This document shows, piece by piece, positions 34,901-47,817 of a DNA stretch of 64,000 nucleotides (the first letter of the stretch is position 1; the number at the start of each line of letters is the position of its first letter). The translations under genes were made by a program, and so were the position numbers. The DNA is from Daphnia carinata. Its lineage: Eukaryota. The stretch lies in the NCBI RefSeq assembly GCF_022539665.2, contig NC_081331.1, positions 7,626,001 to 7,690,000 on the forward strand, in the 5' to 3' direction. Below the pieces are notes generated by a model, which was not told the origin of the DNA, ran no database searches, and saw nothing but the letters and a program-made list of their open reading frames with translations.

Positions 34901-37478
34901 CGGTCACCTTCCTTAAGGAATCGCCTCCTCCGGCTGCTCCAATGTCGATCGCCCCAAGCTCCACTGTCGGAGGGCTGCTAAAGCAGATCTTAATTCCTCA
35001 AAGAGCTTCAACAAATTCCTTCCCAAGACAAAGTCGGGTCCAAAAGTTTTCAGCATGACAGCTTCCCCTTACACCGACGTTTTATTATTTCTCACCGTCA
35101 GGGCAACTTTCCCTCTTGGTTGCATCGGTTGTCCATCAGCTGTCACCACGATGGGTCCATCCCATGGGGTAATTTTCAACTTCAATTTCCTTGTTAATGA
35201 CGGCGTAATTACAGAAATTACCGCTCCCGTGTCCACTAAAGCTTCAACGGTGCATCCACCAATCCAAATTTCTTCGGTGGGCTGCTGATCGCCGCCATTG
35301 ACCGCTCCATTTGATTGGCTCTGCTCTCCGCCAATCACAGCACAGGCTGCTTTTGGCTCCGCCCCCTCCGGCTTCGTAGGCTTTGGCGTGCCGTCTCGCT
35401 TCTTTTCCTTTGGACAATTCCTTGCGATATGTCCTTCTTCATCGCAATTATAACATCCGAATGGGTTCTTCTTCTTCGGCTTCAGGTTATTTTCTTTTTT
35501 TTCACCCTCGATGTTTTTCTTTCCCGACGGCTCTCTCGCCTTGGCCAGCTCATCGCGCAGCTCCTGTATCTGCCACTGGAGCTCTTGCATCTTGTCAAAG
35601 CCTACTCCCCCGATGGGAGCTTTCTCATTTTCCCGGCGCGCATCTTCATAGCCTCTTTCATAGGCCGTTTTCACAGCATCTGCATGGAGTCTTGTTTTTT
35701 CCAAAAACTCCTCGCAGGTCGTGATTCCGAGCACGTACAGCCTTTCCGAGCACGTAAAGCGCTGGGCTTAACCCCCTGAACAGATGGTCAATGCAAACTT
35801 CTTCCGCCATATCCGGTTGCACGATACGGCACAAATCCATAACGTCGTGGTAATACTCCGTTATGTCTTCGTCTTTCCCATGGACTCTCATCCGCAGCTT
35901 CCTCTCTATTTGTCGCTTCAAGTTTACCGCAACAAACTGCTTCAAAAACAACGATTTGAGCCCCGGTACTTCCCTCTCGCGCGCTGGCTGCCCTTGCTCC
36001 GCCGCCAATCTCTCTCTTCGGTCTTCCCAGTGCTCCGGACGCGCGTTCCGCGCCTCAAGGTCTAGAATCCATTTGTAGGCCGCTCCCTCGAGCGACACGT
36101 CTATCGCTCTCGCCAAGTCATTATTGGTCCATCTGTTGTGGCGACCGATCCTTTCAAATCGATCAATCCACTCCACAGCATTTTCTTCGCCTTGCCGCGG
36201 AATTTCTCCGCCTCCTTATACTGGAAGATCGGCCTTTCCGCCATGTCCTCCTCCTCTGCCAGAAAAGGATCCCAAGCTAGTTCCTCTTCCTGAGCTATGG
36301 ACTGCCGCCTTGGTGAATCCCCGACACTAAGTCCACTTCTTTCTGGCCTGACCAACACCGCTGCGTGCGGCGTGCTAGACGCTCGAGGTCGTAGGCCTTC
36401 GCGCAGGCTTCTTCTTTCAAAGTCCGCTTTCGCTCTTCCGCCGCGTCGCGTTCTTCTCTCGACAACTGCTCACTATCAGCACCTGACGATCTCTCGGTGA
36501 TACCAGTGATGTCGGCTTCCACGCCAATCGTGCTTCTTCTGTCACCAGCGCCTTCCGCTTGCACTGACACTGGACGCGCCCCTTCCTGGTTTTCGGTCAC
36601 CGTCTCTTGCGCGAGCGAATTCGTCGCAATAGTCCGCTGAACTCGCGCCCCTTGATCGCTGCTAACGGCCTCCACCTTCCGCTGCCTGCTTCCCGCCGGA
36701 ATGGCTCGTATTTCGATCCTTTCCTGGTTTACGGGTCCTGCTACTTGCAGGATGTGCGACGCAGCGTCTTCCACCTCCGGTAGTCGCGTATGCAATTTCC
36801 GGTCTCAGTCGACAACCCACTCTTCCTGTCGCTCCGCTTCTCCCGCTCCGGCTCGTGTGTCGACCGCGCTCTCAACCACACGGGCACCCTCACGATGCTC
36901 GTATGCCACCGTCGGCTCGTATCCCCCCTTTTCCGCAGCCCACCTGGTTTCTTGACTCTCGAAAACCTGGTGACTCAGCCTCCACGAATTCCTCACCCTG
37001 TTGTTCGGAATCCAACTCAAACTGCGTCAAATCTGGGATACTTCTTTGTTTGGATACCTTTTCGGCTACACACGCACCTCTCTGCCTGAAAGTAAGCTCA
37101 TTCACCTCACCACGGGGGCCTCTTGATCGTCCCTTAGACCGCACTGACGTTGCACCTGCCTCCTGTAATCTCGTCGAAGCTCGTGCTACTGCACTTAGAG
37201 GTGTCGTTGGCCTCAAACCCGTGTAATAGGTCTAAATCTCCTTCGCCGCCTCTTCAGCTGCTCGTCTACGACTCCTTTCCCCAGCGTCTGGAATCACACC
37301 TCTCCCGTGTGACATCAAAACGAGGACCCACCGCGACTCACTGTCAATCACACGTTCTATCAGACCGTTGTTGTGGCCTCGTGCCCAACAATAAATTGCT
37401 GAGTTCGACTTCCAGAGACCCCTCACAACAAACGCCTACCTGAGTTAAACGTGCAGTTGACCAGTTAAGAACGCAGGA

Positions 37479-37490
37479 GCATCTCCACCA
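37479..37490 (-). promoter_or_regulatory. Gypsy primer-binding site, tRNA-Ala type
   Basis: TGGTGGAGATGC directly after the LTR, complementary to the tRNA-Ala 3' end GCATCTCCACCA. Confidence 0.75.
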
Positions 37491-37764
37491 TGTAACAGTT
37501 TCACTGGGTTAAGGCTTGTATTGACACGTAGACAGGATGCAGTACAGCAAACACACTAAACGACAGGCTACAGATCGACTACTCACTCGACTATCTGACA
37601 ACTACGACACAACAACTCAATGAATGACTACAACTACTTCTGACTTGTCAGTCGGGTTTTTTTAAAGCTCCCGACATCCGGTCAGAGCGGCAAATGCTAG
37701 CCAATGGTTGACTTGCGGATCGCCTATCATCGCGCGATAGGCGACAAAGTCCACTGGCGCTACA
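37491..37764 (-). repeat. Gypsy 5' LTR (274 bp)
   Basis: TGTAGCGCC...TGTTACA on minus; homologous to the solo LTR at 1030-1287. Confidence 0.9.
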
Positions 37765-38349
37765 TTATAAGTAACTGGAGTTAATCGGTGCTATGGTATG
37801 TTACCATGTAAATAATAGCCTACCTGGTGATTTCAAACCATTTTTTACTGTTACAATGTCGATATGGCTTAATTTAGAGCTTGAATGATTAAATAGGCAT
37901 ATCGGTAGCGAAAACCAGCTTAGATCGTTCCAGAATCGCTGCTGCAAATTACCAAATTTTTTAAAAATTCTATTCAATGAGAGATACTTTACATGACGTA
38001 GGACACGTAATCCATCCTTATTTTTTGAATCGGGACACTCCTTCTAGTAAAAGTTTCCTCACTATAAAACTTGTTATGTAAAAATATAATACAGCACAAA
38101 CAAGAAACAACAAAGAATTCGTCTGCAAGAAATAAAAGAATTCGTCTGCTAGGAAGAGCCCCGTTCATGGTTTGAAAAACTGGAAAAAGTCAGTTTTTTA
38201 GCGATTTTTCATGGATGCCCTAGAGTTGCCCTAAGGCAAAAAATTGCCCTAAGTATGTTCCAATGGACTGATGGGGCAACTTTTTTTCAGAGCAACTCTG
38301 GTTTTGTGTTCCAATGGCTGCCCCAAATTTTTGTCATCTGACTCCCGAG

Positions 38350-41300
38350 ATGAGCCACCTTAAACCGCCGCAAAAAAGACATCTCCAAGATAATAGCGAC
38401 GAAGAATGGCCCCTCCCCAGCATAGCCCACCCCCGCCGTCCTCCGGTAAGCCTCCCTATCGTAATTCTCAAAGTAACCGATGGCAAGGCGAACTTCCGAC
38501 AAATGGATATGTCAGCTCTCAAATCCATTGTCCATGAGATCACAAAACTGATAGGCAAACCAAGACACTCTGACTGCCCCCGCGGAGGCGACATGTTCGT
38601 TTACCCTATCGATACCACACAACAACAAGCTCTTTTGCAACTTACCAAAATAGCAGGCCGAACAATTATTGCCTCTCTCCCAAACTCTCTCAGTGGTAAA
38701 AAGGGAATCATAAAAAGAGTCCCCCTCTCCGAATCTGATGAAGATCTTCTCGACGCACTGAAAGACCAAGGAGTTGTAAAGGCGCAGCGGTTTTTCAGAA
38801 ACAACGCTGGCTCCAAAGAACCGTCCGAGACCGTCCTCCTTACGTACGACAAAGCCCTTGCAGCCAGGATTACCATCATCGCTCTTAACTTCCCGGTTCT
38901 TACCTACTACCCCTCTCCCTACAAATGCTCCATTTGCTTTCGTCTAGGTCACACAAGAAACTATTGCTCTAGTCCCAGTGGCACCTGTAAAAACTGCGAT
39001 ATAACTCATGACCCCACAGACATCTGTATCCAAAAGTGTATTAATTGCAACAGTTTCTCCCGCACCTCGAATCCAATAATTGTCCGATTTATGAAGAGCT
39101 AACCGGCCTTATCAAATATGCCATAGACAAAAACATAACAGTCAAAGAGGCCCGCGCACACATCATCGGATCTTACAGCTCAGTAGTTCGCCGTCCAACA
39201 GTTTTGCCTCCTGTGCAAACAAGCTGGCCGGACACGAACCAAATTGAAAAAATGAAAACAGAAATCCAGCTGCTCCAAGAAAAATTAAGATCCCTAAAAG
39301 ACATCACCATCAACAACATAGAATCAAAAATAGACAGCGTTAAATCAGATGTAGACAGCACTAACAGCAGAATTACTCAATTTAAAGCAAAATTTTCTGG
39401 GCGTTTCGATCAGCTAGGACACATTCTACTCACACGGCTACCTGCCCCTAATTCCATGGATACCACCTCTGTCCCCGACTCAGAATCTAGCTCGTCCTCC
39501 CACGACTCCATTACAAATTCCAAAACTCCTTCCCAAATCCAAATCCGCAACGACTATAGCTCTGGAGGGAAAAACTATAAGACCCATAAATACAAAAGTA
39601 ACAAATTAAAAATTTCAAATGTATCTAGTGGAACGCGTGTGGCCTCACTAGGTCCCGCTTAGAAGAATTCCGCAATTTTCTTAGTTCACAAAAACCCTCT
39701 GTTGTACTCCTATGTGAAACCTTTTGGAAGGACTCCTTTTCTGTTAAATTCAGCTGCTATAACATTATCCTAAAAAATCGAACTGGCCGGTCTGGCGGTG
39801 GAGTTGTCATACTAGTACACCACTCTCTCCCACATGCCCCATTGACTCTCACAAATAGCCCTAAACTCGAAACAGTAGGCATCACTATTAACACCTCCAA
39901 CAAGACGGCGATCGACATAATCTCCACATACTATCCCTCGGGTGACTGCACCAAGGAAGAAATTCTGCCACTACTTGATCGCAAAAACAACCTGATACTT
40001 GGGGGGGGGGGACTTTAACGGCCACCACAAGCTATGGAGCCAGGTATCTAACTCAAATAGAAGCGGAAAATCTATTTATAGTGCCCTAATAGAAACCCCC
40101 GGACATTGCTCTAATTACCCCCTACTCACTGGGAACTTACATAAGCCCTACTACCGGGAAAACATCAACAATCGACCTTACATTCTGCTCCCCTTCCATC
40201 GCTTGCGATTCCACCATCACACTAGGTCCATACCTTGGCAGCGACCATTTCCCGGTCATCATGAAAACCAAAATTACCCCCGAGAAAGAACTGTCTTTTC
40301 ACCTAGATGGATATTCCGAGATGAGCTATGGACCGACTGGAATGCCCACATACATAAATTTCTCCTCAGCAAACACTACACTGAAAAGACAAACCCAGTC
40401 GAAACATAAGTTATTCCATGATGCCGTAATGGATGCCAGTCATACATTCTTCAAGCTGAGCTCCCCTACAAATCGCATCACACCAGAACCAAGTAAGCCT
40501 TGGTGGAATAAGGGCTGCGATTACCATGTGCGCACTACCAGGAAGGCCCTCTCTGACTGGCGCTCAGACCCTTTCTCGGATAACAAAAAGATCGCTTGGA
40601 AAAAAGCTGAGGCTCAAAAAAGAAAAACCTTAATCAATGCCAAGAAACAATCATGGCAAACATTCATTACCAGCCTCAGCTCACACAAAGACCAACATAT
40701 CATGTGGGCATTTGCCAAAGGGATGACCGGCCGCGGTCCCACCCCATCTGCAAACGGGCATCCACTCCTTCTGACAGATGGGACTTTAATAAACGATCCC
40801 GGAGAAAAAGCTAATATATGTCTAAAAACATTCATAGACAACTCCAATAGCCACCCCGAAGAACAAGCTAACATAAAAGAAGCCATAAGGACAGCCATCG
40901 CGTCGCCAGACTACAGCGCTCTCAACTCCCCCATCGCATCAGGTGAAATTACTCAAGCCCTTAAAAGACGCAAAAGTAACTCAATGGGCCTAGACCTCAC
41001 GCATAATAAAATGATGTCTAACCTCACATTCGACAACCGTGAGATGCTTCACCACCTATTCAACACTCTCCTCGCCAACGGTTCTACCCCAAATTACTGG
41101 AAAGAAGCCCTAATAATCCCGATCCTCAAACCCAACAAAAATGCAGAAGATCCAGCGTCCTTTCGCCCTATATCTCTCACATCATGTCTAGGGAAAACAA
41201 TGGAAAGGGTCATTAAGAACCGGCTGGTCTGGCATCTAGAAGAAAACAACCACTTGCAACCATCGCAAGCCGGCTTTCGTCCCGGTAGAAGCACACTAGA

Positions 41301-44300
41301 CCCCATTCTAGCTCTTGAAAATGACACTAAAACTGGCTTAAGTAAGGGACTCTCCACATATGCGGTATGCCTCGACATTGCCAAGGCTTTTGACCGCACC
41401 CAATGTAATGGTGTCATCTACAAACTCTCCAATATGCAAATAACAGGACCTATCCTCAGCTGGATACAATCCTTCCTCACAGATAGGAGGGGACGAGTGA
41501 GAGTAGGGAATAACCTTTCAGACATAGGCCATCTCGTCGCAGGAGTCCCCCAAGGTGCTGTACTTAGCCCAACACTAATCAACGTCATGATGAGCGACCT
41601 GCCTCTCCCCCACCTGAATTTACCGCCCTCCACTACGCTGATGATGTCGCTATCTACATGCATGCAAAAAACGCTACAACGGTAGAAGACAAATTGCAAC
41701 CGTACCTGGATAAGTTGTACAGATGGGGTAAGAAGTGGGGCTTAGAATTCCTCCCAGACAAATCCACTATTTTGGTACTCTCAAGATCACATAGCATTCC
41801 CTAACCTCCACTCCTCTTCATCCACGGCAGAAGAATTCCATCAGCCAACAGCGCCAAATTCTTATGCATCACCTTCGACCGAAAACTAAACTGGTCAGCC
41901 CATATTGACTCAGTAATCTCCAGCTGCAAAATAAAAAGAAATCTTTTCAGTATAATAATCAATCAAAAATATGGACCTAACATACAAACCTTAGCAACCC
42001 TCTTCAAAACCCTAACTCGAAGCAAGATTGATTATGGAATTATCGCCTATGGTAGAGCCAGCCCTTCAAACATCTCAAAAATAGACATAATCACTCGAGG
42101 AATCATCCGCTTAATACTGGGTTCCTTAAAATCCACTACTACTGAAATGCTATACTCCGAACTAGGACTGGAACCAACAAAAACCCGAATGAAATGGCTT
42201 GCGGCCCGATACCTCATAAAACTCGGGGGAAAAAACCAGAAACACTATGTGCAAACGCACAGTTTCACGCCACAAACCCCAATCCCTGGCCACCCAGAAG
42301 CATTCCCAGCCTAGCCTTGCAAATCAAAGACATCTTGACAATAGAGAAAAATGCTTTTAAGAAAGACCCCAGCTACAATGACCAACAAAAAAATCCGCCC
42401 CCTGGTCAATTCCCATTCACAAAACGACTTGGTTCCCCATAAACAAAACGGACAATAGAGAAATGTGGGCAATGGTTTATCGCACCAACATCATGACACT
42501 CGGAAATACCACTACTAACCAGATTGAGCGGTAAAAGGAATCCAAACACATTTCCTTCTAAACACTAATTGCATTCCTTTCTACAGTTACCACAGGACTA
42601 TCAAGGACTATTTCTCTCATCGCCAAAGAAGACTGCCAACACTCATTGAATGCCTTGTCAACATTGTGCGATTCCGGATAATATGCAACGGCAAAAAAAC
42701 TCAACAAGCAGGCATAAAATTTAACATCCAGCACCTTACCCCTCTATCGGAAAACCTGAAAAAGCAACTTACACCGTACGCATAGGAAATAGTCTTTGCG
42801 CAGACGCAAGCAAAGACAGACAACTATAATTACGTTAAGGTAAAAGTAATTTAAATTTGCAATTAGTAATACATGTAACTAATAATTCCTCTTTTTTTGC
42901 AGGAATCGCGCCAACATGTCATAGTGTCTACATCAGGAACTTTTATTACATCCATAGATTTAAGAAAATGTTCTTGTTCTTCATATCTTAACCACCGTTT
43001 ACCTTGCAGGCTCATACTACACATCGCAAAACAAACGGGAGTGGATGAAATACCTATCTACGGTTTTTGGCGTATTCAAGTAAATTATTTTAATTAAACA
43101 AATTATTTATACAATATAATCAACCTATAACATCTTAGGCTAACGATGAAGAAATAATGCATAGGAACAAGAGTATATTAACTTGCATCCAAAATCTCCC
43201 GAGAAATTCCCAGCGCCTACGTCTAGATCAAAGCCGAAATCCAAAAACACCATGTTAAGGAACCTACATGCAGTTTTGACCGAAGTAGCAGAAGTAGTAC
43301 AATAACTACTGATTCCTGCCATGGACAGCGCCATCAAACTATTACAACACCTTGTTCGCCGGTGGAAAATGAATGCTAAGATTCAATTATTCGAAGGTAA
43401 ACATATTTATATTGAATTACTATGAACTTGTAATAATACAACATCTTTAGATGCAGATAAACAACTAGAAGACGCCAACATATCGGAAACCAACAAACGG
43501 AAAAAATAGGACAAGTGAACGGAACAGCCACCAGCAAACACGAAAAAACTTTCAGCAGCGGAGGAAAAGGACTACAACATTTAGAAGACGTGCATGAAGG
43601 AAGCGGTGTCCCTGAATCTCCAACTACTTCCAGGCCTGCTTATCAAGACGAATCTCCAAAAGCAGGTCCCTCTACGGATCCACCGGAACAGCCAGCACCT
43701 AGGCTGCCAGAAAGAAAGCGAGGGCCTGGACGTCAACCAAAATCTAAGGCTTTTGATTTCTTTAAATGGTCAGCAAAGCCATTCACAAAAAAGAAACCCG
43801 TCGACCAAGCTAGATGTAAGTTACAGATTACCAATGCAGTTACAATTAGCTCTAACAGATTATGTCTTCTTTTAGTTGTGCTTACAAAGTTGCTGGCAGG
43901 TGAAAGCGATGCGGCCAACAAAGTACTAAAGGAATCATTTCTTGTCACCGAAGAGATGGTTTTGACAATTCCACAGGAATTGTCAACCGCAATCCTAGAG
44001 GAGGAAATAGGAGATTTGAATTCAATTGGTATTTCGACGAGGATGCATGGTTAGGAGTAACAAGCTTAGGTAAATACTATTCCTATTAATAATTTGTAAT
44101 TTAAAGTTATTAATTTATTAATAACGACAATTGTTTGTTTCGCAGTGGCGGAGAAGAAAAGACTTATCGAGAAGAAGAAATCCAAATTTTATTGTAATAG
44201 TTGTTCTAAAGTTATTGGGGAGGTGGGCGCTGTTATTTGTTCTTGTTGTCTAGAATGGGTTCACTGGAAATGCGTCGGTTTAAAAGATGTACCTAAAGCT

Positions 44301-45118
44301 AAGGATTATATTTGCAAAGCATGTATAAACACTAAGTGACGAAATAATACAAAAAGCTGTTTAAAAATTCACTACATGAATTTTGCAATCGTTAAAAAGA
44401 AAAAAAATGCCCCACGGATTTGTGGTGTGTTATTGCCGATACTATATATACCTATGTTTGATAAGTAATCTTTCGGTAAAATGGGGGAAAAGTTGTTTTA
44501 TTGCAACGAAATCTTTCGGTGCAATAGCGAATAAAGCCACTTATTGCAACGACAGATTTCGGTGCAATAGTGAAAAAAGCCCTGATTGCAACGATAGATT
44601 TGGTGCAATAGGGGAAAAGGCCCTTATTGCAACGAAAGATTTCGGTGCAATAGATTCTACCCTGTATAAAAACAAATGGTCATCATCAACCCTCAACGAT
44701 CTTAAAAATGTGGGAAACTATGTGTTACCTCAAAAACCAGGCTGGGAATCATAGAATGGCATCATCATCCAAATAGATTGATCAACACTGCACTCCACCG
44801 ACTCAGAAGTGGACACAACAGGTTAAATGCCCATGGAGCAAATTTGATATGGACACACAGCCCCACTGTCGCCATGGCTGCCCTACAATCGAAAACGCAG
44901 ATCATGTTCTCTCAGACTGCGAACATTTTTCCACATACTACACCCCTCTTAAACAACTTCTCTCACAACTAAATCTTACCTGGAACACAATCAATATTCT
45001 TGGCCTAAACCAACAAATCAACAAAGGCTCGCAGCTCCTCATCCGTGATCTCCTCGTCAACTTTCTTCTCCAATCCAAACTGTACCTCGAAGTATAAACA
45101 ACATCCTCTATGCACAAC
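38350..45118 (+). mobile_element. I-clade LINE (ORF1, APE endonuclease, RT, C-terminal CCHC), frameshifted and split by a MULE
   Basis: ORF1 knuckle CSICFRLGHTRNYC; APE motifs WNACGL, LCET, GGGV, GGDFNGHH; RT motifs FRPISLTSC, QAGFRPGRST, LDIAKAFD, GVPQGAVLSP; resumes at 44662 with RLRSGH..CRHGCPTIENADHVLSDC. Confidence 0.92.
42452..44661 (+). mobile_element. 3' part of a Mutator (MULE) transposon with intron-containing transposase (SWIM and PHD finger)
   Basis: W..VYR....GNTTTNQIE|SYH; SWIM CSCSSYLNHRLPCR; PHD CNSC...ICSCCLEWVHWKCVGL...YICKAC; four subterminal TTGCAACGA..GGTGCAATAG repeats and terminus GATTCTACC. Confidence 0.85.
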
Positions 45119-47466
45119 TTAGGGCGCATTTAGGCGTCTACTTTTAGTTCAACTTTTTTAGTGAACTTGTATTTTTGCGTCAACTGCCCGGAAGATGGTT
45201 CAACTAGGGGACCGTTTTGGCGACAACGCCAGTGGGAGGTTCAACTGAAACACTTGAGCTTTTTCAACGGCGGTCCAGACTGTTGCGGAGATTCGGAAGG
45301 CCCGTTCGACGACCTGCTATTTTTGATATTTAGTTATATTATTTCTATTATTATTTGTGTATGCCTCTAGGGGCGCTGTTTGACATAGCCTTCTTAGTGG
45401 CCGATATCGGCAATGGCCGACCCTTCTTAATTTCCTCTTGACGAAAGCAGACGTCTTTTTGTAAGTTCCGACAATTCAAATAAAAGTGCTAGTGAAACAG
45501 CTATAAGTGTCTTTCTCCAACTTTTTTTCTGACAAAGCTTGTGTACCAGAAGAAAAGAAAGAAAAAGTCAAGGTACAAATTGAAGATCGCAAAGAAGGCC
45601 AGGTAGTGACGTTGAAAAAGAAAGAACCTGAAGGAGAGTACGTACTCCAAATTTTGGAAGGTGACTACTAAGGAGCTAGTAAGGAAGAAGAGGAAACTAC
45701 TTGAAGACAATTAAGAATTCTTTTGCTTCATGTTTTAATTTTGATGGTTGTTTAATCAAGAAGATTTTTGTTATAGGAGAAAGGAAAGCTAGCCTGTGTT
45801 ATAAAACTGGTGCGATATCGCAAAATACATTCTTTCGTTTTCCCTACCTAAATCCATTTTCGTGTTGCTTTCTCAGAAAGAAAACTCGCTTTGGGAATTC
45901 CCACACTAATTGTTTTTCAGATTCATTTTCAGATAGCCTTGTAACTCAACAACAAGATGGCTACCAAGAAATCATTGACGCAGGAAGCCATCGTACTAAC
46001 AATTAATGTTTTAGAAAAAGAGCTGCACAAGGACCTGAAAAATTATGACGAAGCATGCGAAGAAGACAGGTTACGAGAAGCTGAGATGTCCTTTGAATTA
46101 GCCCAAGATAGAATGATGAGACTGGAAAAGAACTACCAGACTCTCATCCCTATTTTAGAAGGCGAAACTCAGGAGAAATATCTTCAACAACATGAAGACT
46201 TCATCAACAGGTTCCAGAAAATGAACATTGATTGGAGGAGAAGAAGACCAGCTGAGAGCAGACGAAGCCCTCAACAACGAGAACCTGTACTTCAAGTCGC
46301 TGCACATAGTGAAGAGGAGAGATCTCCAACTACGAACACTGCCCCGGCAATGAACGCACTTACTTTCCAACCTACTGCAAACGCTATGAGTATAGCACAT
46401 CTTCTACCCAGGATTGAAATTACCAAATTCGACGGTGATCTACACAAATGGAGGTATTGGTGGGCGATTTTTCGCACGCTCATCCACGATTCCAATCCAT
46501 AAGGCCCATCGAAAAATTTAGCAGATTGAAACTACACATAACGGAGGAAGCTGCTGGTGCGATTTCGTACTTGGATCTAACTGAAGACAATTACACCAAA
46601 GCGATAGAAATTCTAAATGGGAAATACAACAAACCGAGATCGGTGAGAGCTGACCATTATATTGCCATAACAGAACTAAGAAAAGTAGAACGTCAAGAGG
46701 ACCACAAAGCCTTACGACAACTACACGACAAGGCAATGGGCCATGCTTTAAATCTCGGCAACCTAGAACAGCCTACAGCTCAAAACGAAGCCATTATAGA
46801 GATCATTACAAGAAAATTGCCAATTGAGTTAATATCAAGATGGCATGGAGAGACCAGACGGTCACAGAAGAGATTGAAAGATCTCTTTATTTTCATTGAT
46901 TCAATAGCTGAAGACTGGGAATATGCCTATTCCACAGAGACACACAAAAAGAAGAAGACGAAACCAGAGGCACCAGAGAAACAACAACAACGAGTTACGT
47001 TCGTAACAACGCCAACGGCAGCTGAGTTAGCAGTCACAGGGACTGCAACTGAATACCCAAGAAATCCGAAGTACTGGAAACAATTTAGCTTGGAAAAAAG
47101 AAGATGTTTTTTTTGTAATGATAAACACCCCCCGACCAAATGTGATGTCACACTAGAAAAGAAGTGTTGGAAGTGCCTTTGACAAAATCATCAAGTGAGA
47201 GAGTGTTGGAGAACAAGCAAGTGCTAAAAATGCGGAAAAGATCACCACATGGCCATCTGCAACAGGGCAGCTAATCCAAAATCGGTGACGGCAACAGTAG
47301 CTGCATCTCCAATGTTAAAGGTAGCAGATGACGCTCCTCTTTCAATAGAAGCACGCCTATTTGGTGGCGTATATGTCTAAACGACAACAGTAATACTGGA
47401 GGGCCCATAAGGATGGCTGAAAGCTATTGCTTATATCGATCAAGGGTCGAATGCAACCTTAATTCG

Positions 47467-47817
47467 GTACATCATAGAAAAACATCACTATAGTAATTAC
47501 ATTAATTAAATACCTACCTACTTGACAATACCATAGGTGTAAGAAATAAAAGCAATTAATGTTTACCTGTATCGAAAGTCCATTTGTCGGTAGATCGGGA
47601 ATCCGTTTGAGGTTTACAGTCCCAACCATCAAGTAAAAAAAAAAAGGTCTAAAGTCTTAATGTCGATGGCACTGGAGTACTCTTATCGGAAAGTGTGGCG
47701 CTCGTTGGGTTCAGCAACAATTTATTGTTGCGCCCAAACGTCGGGGACCAGTAGTTCAAACGTCGGGCTCCAGATGTCCAAGTGTCGGAAACCTGCAACC
47801 AAAAGTCGGAAACCCTG
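47467..47817 (-). mobile_element. One-ended insertion with a hAT-like terminus, replacing part of the BEL-2 protease region
   Basis: BEL coding stops after YIDQGSNATLI and resumes near TGIRAIESKFGW; right edge reads CAGGGTTTCCGAC on minus. Confidence 0.5.

Larger units (their letters stand above)
31780..37764 (-). mobile_element. Ty3/Gypsy LTR retrotransposon, 3'-truncated and frameshifted, with an env-like extension
   Basis: 5' LTR and PBS; gag with CYNCDEEGHIARNC; protease ALVDTGAVISV; RT SPWSSPIVLV, FCIDYRRLN, MPFGL, YMDD; integrase CKSC, GIDVLGP, QANGLVER, GPFKV; RNase H region replaced by foreign DNA at ~33280-33600. Confidence 0.95.

Noticed and set aside
38200..38325. TTGCCCTA/GTTCCAATGG repeats just before the LINE ORF1, possibly a Harbinger-like end
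   Set aside because: Only one end is visible, which is too little to annotate. It does make the ORF-track start at 38314 less likely than ATG 38350.
44495..44655. Four ~40-bp repeats with short variable spacers (and ORF 44383-44754)
   Set aside because: They are MULE subterminal repeats next to the terminus; the ORF is a by-product of the repeats.
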